Of a DNA stretch of 32,000 nt, positions 24,671 through 32,000 are shown piece by piece. This DNA is from Erysipelotrichaceae bacterium OH741_COT-311. Its GTDB lineage: Bacteria > Bacillota_I > Bacilli_A > Erysipelotrichales > Erysipelotrichaceae. The position numbers and the translations under genes were made by a program. Within the stretch, counting starts at the first letter, position 1; every line of letters begins with the position of its first letter. The stretch is taken from positions 120,001-152,000 of the forward strand of contig RQZE01000003.1 in NCBI GenBank assembly GCA_003858585.1. Reading direction: 5' to 3'. The notes beneath the pieces are model-generated. The model had not been told where the DNA came from, did no database searches, and saw nothing but the letters and a program-made list of their open reading frames with translations.

Positions 24671-25561
24671 TTATTTTTTAATGACTTCACTTAATGCGGC
24701 AACCGTTGCTGAGATATCTTGTAATTGACTTGGGATAATCAGTTTTGTAGAACTGCTTGCACCAATCTTTTCAAGTGCTTCATAACCCTTTAAAGTAATA
24801 AATGCATTGGTTGGGTTGGATTGATTAATCAATTCAATCCCTCGAGCTTGTGCTTGATATACACGTTCTAAAGCGGCAGCTTCCCCTTCAGCCTTAGCAA
24901 TCGTTGCTTCTTTTTCAGCGATGGCACGAAGAATTGTAGCTTCTTTTGCACCTTCAGCTGTTAAGATAGCAGCACGTTTTTCCCCTTCAGCTTGTAAAAT
25001 CTTTTCACGACGTTCACGTTCCGCACGCATTTGTTTTTCCATTGATTCTTGAATATCACGTGGCGGAATGATGTTTTTAAGTTCGACACGTCCTACTTTT
25101 ACACCCCAAGGGTCTGTAGCTTCATCTAAGATAGAACGCATTTGCGTATTAATTAAATCTCTTGATGTTAATGTTTCATCCAATTCCAAATCTCCAATGA
25201 TATTACGAAGAGTTGTCGCTGTTAAGTTTTCAATCGCACTAATTGGACGTTCTACACCATAAGTATATAATTTAGGGTCTGTAATTTGAAAATATACAAC
25301 TGTATCAATCATCATTGTAACGTTATCTTTTGTAATAACCGGTTGAGGAGCAAAGTCTTTTACAACTTCTTTTAATGTTACACGATTTGCAACGCGATCA
25401 ATGAATGGAACAACAATATGCAAGCCTGTATGCCATGTTGCATGATAAGCTCCAACACGCTCAACAACATAAGCGGTAGCTTGAGGCACAATACGTACGC
25501 AATAAGCTAATGTAATGGCAATCACTAAAAATACCACACCAAAAATAATAAATTCTACCAT
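24671..25561 (-). CDS. SPFH/band-7 (stomatin/prohibitin-like) membrane protein
   Basis: N-terminal TM helix, then 'RIVPQATAYVVERVGAYH...', 'PQPVITKDNVTMMIDTVVYFQITDP' and an Ala/Glu-rich coiled-coil C-terminus. Paired with the upstream NfeD gene. Confidence 0.88.
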   Translation of the reverse strand: MVEFIIFGVVFLVIAITLAYCVRIVPQATAYVVERVGAYHATWHTGLHIVVPFIDRVANRVTLKEVVKDFAPQPVITKDNVTMMIDTVVYFQITDPKLYTYGVERPISAIENLTATTLRNIIGDLELDETLTSRDLINTQMRSILDEATDPWGVKVGRVELKNIIPPRDIQESMEKQMRAERERREKILQAEGEKRAAILTAEGAKEATILRAIAEKEATIAKAEGEAAALERVYQAQARGIELINQSNPTNAFITLKGYEALEKIGASSSTKLIIPSQLQDISATVAALSEVIKK

Positions 25562-25571
25562 AAGTTCTCCT

Positions 25572-26006
25572 TTACTTTTCTATTTTTCTTACGATTAATT
25601 TTACACCATCAATGGCTAATACTTCAACTAAATTTCCTTCTTCAATGGTCGTATTATCTACAGACTTTATATTCCAGATAACACCATTGATTTTCACTTC
25701 ACCAAGTTCTTGAAAAGTAGTCTGTTTTATCACCGTTGTAATAGCTCCAATGACACGATCGGCATTGGTATGAACGACATTACCACGTAAATAATCCTGT
25801 GCTATAGGACGAATAAATAACAGTGAAAGAATCGATAAAACAAAGAAAAAAACCACTTGTATCAAGAAGGATACATGCAACTGATTTGCTACTAAAGCTC
25901 CAATTGCTCCAATTGTAAACCAAATACTCACTAAACTGCTTAAGGTAATTATTTCTAAAAATAAAGAACCTATTAGCACAATAATCCATAACCAAAAATA
26001 TTGCAT
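25572..26006 (-). CDS. NfeD-family membrane protein
   Basis: Three N-terminal TM helices plus a C-terminal OB-like domain ('GEVKINGVIWNIKS...VEVLAIDGVKLIV'). It lies directly upstream of the SPFH gene with a 10-nt gap. Confidence 0.82.
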   Translation of the reverse strand: MQYFWLWIIVLIGSLFLEIITLSSLVSIWFTIGAIGALVANQLHVSFLIQVVFFFVLSILSLLFIRPIAQDYLRGNVVHTNADRVIGAITTVIKQTTFQELGEVKINGVIWNIKSVDNTTIEEGNLVEVLAIDGVKLIVRKIEK

Positions 26007-26018
26007 ACATTATCCTTT

Positions 26019-26384
26019 CTATAATTGTTTATTTAAATCAACAATTAACATCTTATTCACTTCATCATAATTTACAGTAAACTTCTCACCATTTAAAGGC
26101 TTTTTCAATAATTTACTAATATCATCGATAACAGCTTTATTCGAAATCCTGAGATACCCTTTTCCATGAGATATTTTATGAATGTGATTCAAGTTTACAA
26201 GTTTTAAATCAATCTCTTCTTTTGTAACTGGTTTAATCGCAACCAATAAGCTCTTACTATCAATACCAATCTGGCACCATCGTACTTCATCTAAGTAATA
26301 GGCTGCATTATTGTTTAATGTAATGTTATTGGCATACAATGTACAGATTGCAGTATAAGCGCTACCTTTTGTCCATTCAAACAT
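26019..26384 (-). CDS. Hypothetical protein (~121 aa), first gene of the NfeD-SPFH operon
   Basis: ORF with an AGGTGG RBS 7 nt before ATG 26384; the TTG one codon upstream is used by the track. There is a 12-nt gap to the NfeD start. No family recognised. Confidence 0.55.
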   Translation of the reverse strand: MFEWTKGSAYTAICTLYANNITLNNNAAYYLDEVRWCQIGIDSKSLLVAIKPVTKEEIDLKLVNLNHIHKISHGKGYLRISNKAVIDDISKLLKKPLNGEKFTVNYDEVNKMLIVDLNKQL

Positions 26385-26406
26385 CAAGCCACCACCTTTC
26401 TATTCC

Positions 26407-26434
26407 ATTATAGCATAATCTTATTTTTCTTCAA
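26407..26434 (-). promoter_or_regulatory. Promoter for the hypothetical-nfeD-SPFH operon (TTGAAG-16 nt-TGcTATAAT on the minus strand)
   Basis: Minus strand reads 'TTGAAGaaaaataagattaTGCTATAAT'. The -35 is at 26429-26434 and the -10 at 26407-26412, with an extended TG. Confidence 0.55.
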
Positions 26435-26509
26435 CATAATATTTTTATTATTAATCCTAGACATGAACTTTCTTTAAAATTCATATATAATAATAAAGTA
26501 GGTGGAAAA

Positions 26510-27271
26510 ATGAGTACAATACAGATTAAAGACTTAAATATTTACTATGAAGTAAAAGGGAATAAAAAACAAAGTGTAATTCTATTGCATGGATGGGGGC
26601 AAAACACGACAATGATGCAAGCTATTCAAGAAGGACTACATCCGTATTTTACGGTGTACAATTTAGACTTTCCTGGCTTTGGAAAAAGCGATCCGTTAAA
26701 ACAAGCATGGTCAACCATAGATTATACCGATTTTTTAGCGAAATTCATTAATGCCCTTAACATTCAAAATCCGATTTTAATTGGACACTCTTTTGGCTGT
26801 CGAATTGCCCTTCGCTATGCCAGTCAATATCCTGTTTATAAAATGGTTTTAACAGGGGCTGCCGGATTAAAGCCAAAACGTGGATTTGACTACTATGTAA
26901 AAGTTACAACGTATAAACTGTTAAAACAAATGTTCAAGTTACCATTTCTTGCCAAGTATAAAGAAAGCATGCAAAGCAAATTTGGAAGCACTGACTATAA
27001 AAATGCCAGTCCAATTTTAAGGGAAACTTTAGTGAAGGTTGTAAATGAAGACATAAAACCACTTTTAAAAGACATCCAAGCGGAAACCTTGTTGGTCTTT
27101 GGAAGTCATGATCAGGCAACTCCACTATGGATGGGTAAAGTCATGGAAAAAACGATGCCTAATGCGACTTTAATCGTCTTTGAACAAGATGATCACTATG
27201 CCTATTTTCATCAAGCACAACGTTTTAATCTAGTGTTAGAAGCATTTTTAAAGGAGGACATCCATGATTAA
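26510..27271 (+). CDS. Alpha/beta-fold hydrolase
   Basis: 'LLHGWGQN' oxyanion region, the nucleophile elbow 'GHSFGC', 'GSHDQATP' and 'DDHYAYFH'. Its 3' end overlaps the next gene by 8 nt. Confidence 0.8.
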   Translation: MSTIQIKDLNIYYEVKGNKKQSVILLHGWGQNTTMMQAIQEGLHPYFTVYNLDFPGFGKSDPLKQAWSTIDYTDFLAKFINALNIQNPILIGHSFGCRIALRYASQYPVYKMVLTGAAGLKPKRGFDYYVKVTTYKLLKQMFKLPFLAKYKESMQSKFGSTDYKNASPILRETLVKVVNEDIKPLLKDIQAETLLVFGSHDQATPLWMGKVMEKTMPNATLIVFEQDDHYAYFHQAQRFNLVLEAFLKEDIHD

Positions 27272-28829
27272 GTATATTGTATATCCATTGATTCTTAGTT
27301 TGTTCGTGTTAAATCTTAAAAAAGCGTTACACATGTTTCAACAAAATCGTTATGAATTTGATCGCTATACCAATTGGTTATTTCAACAGATTAAGGTCAA
27401 TGTAAAAAATATTCTACTCCTATTGCTTACCATCTTTTTTCTAATCGCAAGCTATTGGTTACAACCCTACAGTATTCTTGCCTTATCAACGATATTGGCA
27501 ATTCTTAATGTGGTGATTTATCATCAAGAAAAGAAAAAAGACTACATTAAACCACTGCACTATACCAATCGTGTAAAACGTCAATGGGTGTTTTTACTGT
27601 TCGTGTTTCTTGGTGCTTCTATATGGATTTATGCCCAAAGTGAGCTTGTTCTTTATGTGTTTAGTGCAAGTGCCTTACTTTTACCCTGGTTATGTATCTA
27701 TGCTTTGATTCTGTTAGAGCCGATTGAAAACTATGTTAAAGGACGTTTTAAAACGAAAGCAAAAAAGAAATTACAAGCGCAAACAGCATTAAAAATAATC
27801 GGTATTACCGGATCTTATGGTAAAACAAGTAGTAAGAATATCTTACAAGCAATTTTATCCGAACAATATTACTCGTTAATGACTCCGGCTTCTTTTAATA
27901 CACCGATGGGTATTACAAGAACGGTTCATGAATATTTAAAGCCAACACATGAAGTATTTATTTGTGAAATGGGTGCCGATCGTGTGGGTGATATTAAAGA
28001 ATTAATGCAGTTTGTCCAACCTCAATATGGTGTTGTAACTTCAATTGGTCCACAACATTTAAATACTTTTAAAACAATGGAAAATATCATTCAAGAAAAG
28101 ATGCAGATGATTGAATGTTTACCAAAGGATGGAGTAGGGGTTCTTAACTATGACAATGCATATATCAAAAATTATAAAATTAGTAATACTTGTCGCATCC
28201 TTACCATTGCCATTGAAGAAAGTGAAGTAGATTATCAAGCAATAAACATACAATATACACCGTTAGGAACTACCTTCGATGTAAAAAGTAAAGATGGCAT
28301 AGAAAATTATGAAACAAGACTGTTAGGTAAACATAACATTATGAATATCTTAGTTGCGATTGCATTAGCCAAAGAGTTTGGTATTACAAGTCAACAGCTA
28401 CAACATGCGATTCGTATGTGTCCTTACATCCAACATCGTTTAGAATTAAAGAACATAAATGGCTATACCTTTATTGACAATGCCTTTAACTCCAATCCAA
28501 GTGGAGCCAAGATGTCATTAGAAGTATTAAGTAGAATGCCAAATCGTCGCTTTATTATTACACCGGGCTTCATTGACTTAGGTAGTCTTCAAGAAGAAGC
28601 GAATTATGAATTTGGCTATGCGATGAAAGATAAGGTCGATGTGGTTATCTTAGTTGGAAAACATCAAACAAGACCCATTTATCAAGGGTTACAAGCAAGC
28701 AACTTTGATTTACAACAGGTTCATGTTGTGGATAAAGTGGTGGAAGCCTTCCAGTTAGTATATCGCTTAGCGGATAAAACCGATACCATCTTACTGGAAA
28801 ATGATTTACCGGATGCCTTTAATCATTAA
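27264..28829 (+). CDS. murF: Mur-ligase family protein, MurF-like (UDP-MurNAc-tripeptide--D-Ala-D-Ala ligase) with an N-terminal ~5-TM membrane domain
   Basis: P-loop 'IGITGSYGKTSSKNIL' at residue ~180, 'ICEMGADRVGDI', 'TSIGPQHL', 'GKHNIMN', 'HRLE' and 'IDNAFNSNPSGAKMSLEVL' (MurF 'DDsYNANP'-like). The first ~165 aa form five hydrophobic helices in place of the usual soluble N-domain. Confidence 0.7.
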   Translation: MIKYIVYPLILSLFVLNLKKALHMFQQNRYEFDRYTNWLFQQIKVNVKNILLLLLTIFFLIASYWLQPYSILALSTILAILNVVIYHQEKKKDYIKPLHYTNRVKRQWVFLLFVFLGASIWIYAQSELVLYVFSASALLLPWLCIYALILLEPIENYVKGRFKTKAKKKLQAQTALKIIGITGSYGKTSSKNILQAILSEQYYSLMTPASFNTPMGITRTVHEYLKPTHEVFICEMGADRVGDIKELMQFVQPQYGVVTSIGPQHLNTFKTMENIIQEKMQMIECLPKDGVGVLNYDNAYIKNYKISNTCRILTIAIEESEVDYQAINIQYTPLGTTFDVKSKDGIENYETRLLGKHNIMNILVAIALAKEFGITSQQLQHAIRMCPYIQHRLELKNINGYTFIDNAFNSNPSGAKMSLEVLSRMPNRRFIITPGFIDLGSLQEEANYEFGYAMKDKVDVVILVGKHQTRPIYQGLQASNFDLQQVHVVDKVVEAFQLVYRLADKTDTILLENDLPDAFNH

Positions 28830-28857
28830 AAAATGTTGAATTACTTCAACATTTTTT
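28828..28857. terminator. Bidirectional terminator between the murF-like gene and the AI-2E transporter gene
   Basis: 'aaaaaatgttgaa-ttac-ttcaacatttttt'. It overlaps the last codons of the minus-strand gene. Confidence 0.8.
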
Positions 28858-30033
28858 AATGACTTCATTATCGACAATTTGAATCCCTTTTCGCTTTAAT
28901 CTTGCATGAATATATTCAGAGCCAATGGTATAGATACAAGCTGTTAATGGAACTGCAATCAACATCCCAATCACCCCTAACATACTACCAAAGATAAAGA
29001 TGGAAACCAAGGTCCAAAGAGGGGGCAAGCCAACAGATTTACCTACTACACGTGGATAGATAACACTATTTTCAAATTGTTGAACAACTTGATAACCAAT
29101 TACAAACCAAACCGATTGCAATGGATTTAAAGAAAGAATTAAGATGGCACCAATCATCATTGCTAGTGTTGCACCGAAGACCGGTACCAAAGACAATACT
29201 GAGGTAATGGAAGCAATTAAAATAGCAAAAGGCATATTTAGAATAATCATCATTAAGTAAATAAGGCCACCGATAATTATCGCTTCCACCAATTGCCCGG
29301 ATACAAAACTTGTAAAAATATCATTACAGATGCGACTGACACGTAATACTTCCGTAAGAGGCTTATATGGAATGATGGCAGCCATAACCTTCTTTATTTG
29401 CACAATGAGCAATTCTTTCGAACTCAATAAGTATAAACTAAACATAAATGCTAAAAACCATGTCGCTAAAACACCGGTAAACTGCGAAAAGATATTTACG
29501 ATAGAAACACCGGCATCTGAAACAATGTTGGTTGTATTTTTTAAGATGTTATTGATGTCTAAACCGGATTTACTTAGAAATTGATTGATCGAATTGGTAT
29601 CAAAATTCAAGTCAATTTCTTCCAATTTAAAGAAAGCTAAAATACTATCAATGTTTTTAAGTAAGCTATCAATATAATTTCCTAAGTTTACAATTAATAC
29701 ATAAACACTGTTAATTAATTGTGGAATAATGATATATCCAAAAAAGATAATAATAGTAAATGTTAAAATAACAGTAAAGAAAATGGAAATTCCACGCAGT
29801 AAATTGGTATTTTTAATATAGTTACCTAAAAAAGCTTCAATCTTTTTTAAAGGGATATTTAACACATAGGCAAAGCCAATTGCAATGGTTAAAGGTGTAA
29901 AATAATTTAAATACTTAGCAATAAAATTCCATACCTGTTTATATTGAAAAACAAAAAACGTTAATAAAATGGCGTATGTAATCAATATAATCCAAGGCTT
30001 TAGTCTTGATAATTGTTCCTTTAAATCTTTCAT
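28846..30033 (-). CDS. AI-2E family transporter (PerM/UPF0118)
   Basis: ~8 TM helices and a conserved C-terminal region, 'QQFENSVIYPRVVGKSVGLPPLWTLVSIFIFG..GVIGMLIAVPL'. Confidence 0.85.
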   Translation of the reverse strand: MKDLKEQLSRLKPWIILITYAILLTFFVFQYKQVWNFIAKYLNYFTPLTIAIGFAYVLNIPLKKIEAFLGNYIKNTNLLRGISIFFTVILTFTIIIFFGYIIIPQLINSVYVLIVNLGNYIDSLLKNIDSILAFFKLEEIDLNFDTNSINQFLSKSGLDINNILKNTTNIVSDAGVSIVNIFSQFTGVLATWFLAFMFSLYLLSSKELLIVQIKKVMAAIIPYKPLTEVLRVSRICNDIFTSFVSGQLVEAIIIGGLIYLMMIILNMPFAILIASITSVLSLVPVFGATLAMMIGAILILSLNPLQSVWFVIGYQVVQQFENSVIYPRVVGKSVGLPPLWTLVSIFIFGSMLGVIGMLIAVPLTACIYTIGSEYIHARLKRKGIQIVDNEVIKKC

Positions 30034-30127
30034 AGTAAGGTCCTCTGGTCATAATGTACAACAATTAAAGATAAAATGCAATATTTATAAAAATGTGATA
30101 AGCTTATAGAGATTAATGGAGGTTCTT

Positions 30128-31300
30128 ATGAGTATCAATGTCGCTATATTTTTTGGTGGTGAATCCGTTGAACATGAAATCAGCATTATTACTGCCAATC
30201 AAGCACTTCATGCATTAAATAAAGAAACATATCAAGTTATGCCTGTGTATGTAGCTAAAAATCGTCAGTTATATACAGGGGAAGAATTATACAATTTAGA
30301 AAACTATAAAGACTTAAATAGTTTAGTATCAAAATTAAAACAAATCACGATATATAAAGTAGATAGTCAAGTGCATATTTATCCGGTAAAACGAAATCTA
30401 TTTCAGCATAAACCACTATTTACCATTGATGTAGCTTTTCCAATTATGCATGGAACTAATGGAGAAGATGGTACCATCCAAGGCTTCTTAGAAATGTTAA
30501 AGATTCCTTATGTAGGATGTGATGTCATTGCTGCATCAGCCGGACAGGATAAAGTCATTATGAAACATGTCTTTGAAAATTCAAATTTACCGGTGATTCC
30601 ATGGTTTTGGCTTTACGGTCATCATTACATGAAAGATGAAATTTACTACAATCAAAAAGCGATGGACTTAGGTTTTCCTGTTATTGTAAAACCGGCTTCT
30701 TTAGGTTCAAGTGTTGGAATTGAATTTGCTTATGATAAGGATGGTTTAAAACAAGCGATTTTAAACGCAAGTAAATACGATAGTAAATTAGTCATTGAAA
30801 AAGCATTAAGTGATTTTAAAGAAATTAATTGTTCTGTATTAGGGAATCGTTATGCAGCCCAAAGCAGTGAATTGGAATTGATTGTTCAAGATGGTTTTTT
30901 AGATTACGATGGCAAATATGGGCAAGGTAGTAAAGGCATGGTTGCGGCAAAGCGTATTGTTCCGGCACCACTTAATGAAAATGAAAGTAAATATATTAAA
31001 GATTTAGCGTTGGATACGTTTATGGCACTTGGAGCCAGTGGTGTATGTCGTATTGATTTTATGAAGGATGAAGTTACCAAGCAAATCTATGTCAATGAAA
31101 TTAATACCATTCCAGGCTCACTTGCTTATTATTTATGGAGTCCGGTAGGTCTATCGTTTGAACAGTTATTGGAAAAACTTATTCATATTGCGATTGATAA
31201 TTATCGTGCAAAAGAAAAGATGACATTTTCATTTGAAACTAACGTCTTAGCTAACTTTGATAGAAAAGGTATCAAAGGAAGCAAGGGTATAAAACAATAA
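30128..31300 (+). CDS. ddl: D-alanine--D-alanine ligase
   Basis: 'VAIFFGGESVEHEISIITA', 'PIMHGTNGEDGTIQGFLE', 'VKPASLGSSVGI' and 'RIDFM....IYVNEINTIPG'. ATG 30128 follows GGAGG 30118-30122; the track uses the in-frame ATG at 30116. Confidence 0.92.
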   Translation: MSINVAIFFGGESVEHEISIITANQALHALNKETYQVMPVYVAKNRQLYTGEELYNLENYKDLNSLVSKLKQITIYKVDSQVHIYPVKRNLFQHKPLFTIDVAFPIMHGTNGEDGTIQGFLEMLKIPYVGCDVIAASAGQDKVIMKHVFENSNLPVIPWFWLYGHHYMKDEIYYNQKAMDLGFPVIVKPASLGSSVGIEFAYDKDGLKQAILNASKYDSKLVIEKALSDFKEINCSVLGNRYAAQSSELELIVQDGFLDYDGKYGQGSKGMVAAKRIVPAPLNENESKYIKDLALDTFMALGASGVCRIDFMKDEVTKQIYVNEINTIPGSLAYYLWSPVGLSFEQLLEKLIHIAIDNYRAKEKMTFSFETNVLANFDRKGIKGSKGIKQ

Positions 31301-31326
31301 TCATTGTGTGATAAGGAGGAAAAAGA

Positions 31327-32000
31327 TATGGCAACACCACACATTCAAGCAGAAAAAGGGCAAATCGCAAAGATTGTATTAATGCCCGGTGATCCGTTAC
31401 GTGCAAAATTTATCGCAGAAACATTTTTAGAAAATCCTGTTTTATTCAATACTGTTCGTAATATGTTTGGTTATACAGGAACTTATAAAGGAATACCGGT
31501 ATCGGTAATGGGTTCTGGTATGGGTATGCCAAGTATCGGAATTTACTCTTATGAACTTTATACAAAATATGATGTAGAAATCATCATTCGTATCGGATCT
31601 GCCGGAGCTTATACGGAAGATTTAAAAGTATATGATGTCGTATTGGCAAATGGTGCATATTCAGAATCAACGTATGCACTTACACAATCTGGATATGATA
31701 AAGATATTACTTATCCAAGCACTTCTTTAAATGAAGCCATTGTAAAGGCAGCGAATCGCTTAGAAATTCCGCTTCATCAATCGTTAATTCATTCTTCTGA
31801 TGTATTTTATCGTCAAAGCAGTGACTATTTAAAAGATATTGTTGCAAAAGGGTGCTTAGTAGTAGAAATGGAAAGCTTTGCATTATTCCATAATGCAAGT
31901 GTTTTAAAGAAACAAGCAGCGTGCTTATTGACCATTTCTGATTCTTTTGTAAGTGAATTTGCAACAACAGCCCAAGAGCGTCAAAATAGCTTTACAAACA
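31327..32000 (+). CDS. deoD: Purine nucleoside phosphorylase, DeoD type (3' end beyond the window)
   Basis: Absent from the ORF track because no stop lies in the window. AAGGAGG RBS, ATG 31327, translation 'MATPHIQAEKGQIAKIVLMPGDPLRAKFIAE...GMGMPSIGIYSYEL...RIGSAGA...VEMESFALF' is typical of DeoD. Confidence 0.88.

Noticed and set aside
25068-26010. ORFs 25068-25262 (+) and 25780-26010 (-, alternative frame)
   Set aside because: They overlap the SPFH and NfeD genes, which have clear family signatures.
26934-27125. 63-aa minus-strand ORF inside the alpha/beta hydrolase gene
   Set aside because: Antisense shadow ORF.
29330-29584. 84-aa plus-strand ORF inside the AI-2E transporter gene
   Set aside because: Antisense shadow ORF.
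31707-31967. 86-aa minus-strand ORF near the window end
   Set aside because: It is antisense to the deoD reading frame (31327->32000). That frame has a strong RBS and an unmistakable PNP sequence, but was missing from the track only because it lacks a stop in the window.
1-32000. Scan for CRISPR arrays, tRNA/rRNA genes and known defence-system gene sets
   Set aside because: No regularly spaced direct repeats, no cloverleaf-like or rRNA-like segments, and no intergenic region long enough for them. Apart from fic, no nuclease, helicase, methylase or other defence-type domains were recognised.

Overview
AT-rich, densely coding chromosomal segment that looks like a low-GC Gram-positive (Bacillota) genome. 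This is inferred from GGAGG-type ribosome-binding sites, the cdaA-cdaR-glmM operon, LTA/WTA-type glycosylation genes and murF/ddl; no species can be assigned from sequence alone. Most of the window is housekeeping or cell-envelope genes. In order: a HAD-GtrA fusion, a GT2 and a GT-C-like membrane protein; pduL; a PatB/MalY C-S lyase; a nucleotidyltransferase; traB-family; cdaA-cdaR-glmM; an OmpR-type two-component system; NfeD/SPFH; an alpha/beta hydrolase with a membrane-anchored MurF-like ligase; an AI-2E transporter; ddl; and deoD (cut by the window end). Two regions stand out. (1) 14226-20802 holds a translationally coupled pair made of an ~8-TM histidine-kinase paralogue and a bona fide PAS-like HK. 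In the paralogue the phospho-acceptor His appears replaced by Tyr and the ATP-binding boxes are degenerate. A LuxR-type response regulator follows, then a 955-aa secreted protein built from ~10 tandem 77-87-aa modules that ends in a non-canonical IPKTKD sorting-like signal. (2) 21684-24653 is a ~3 kb accessory islet. A class-II Fic (AMPylase-type) gene sits between two directly repeated, differently truncated IS3-family remnants that share the same internal deletions. It lies next to a frameshifted DUF2785-like pseudogene. I found no tRNA, rRNA, CRISPR array or convincing riboswitch. All family assignments come from by-eye motif recognition and need profile searches to confirm.
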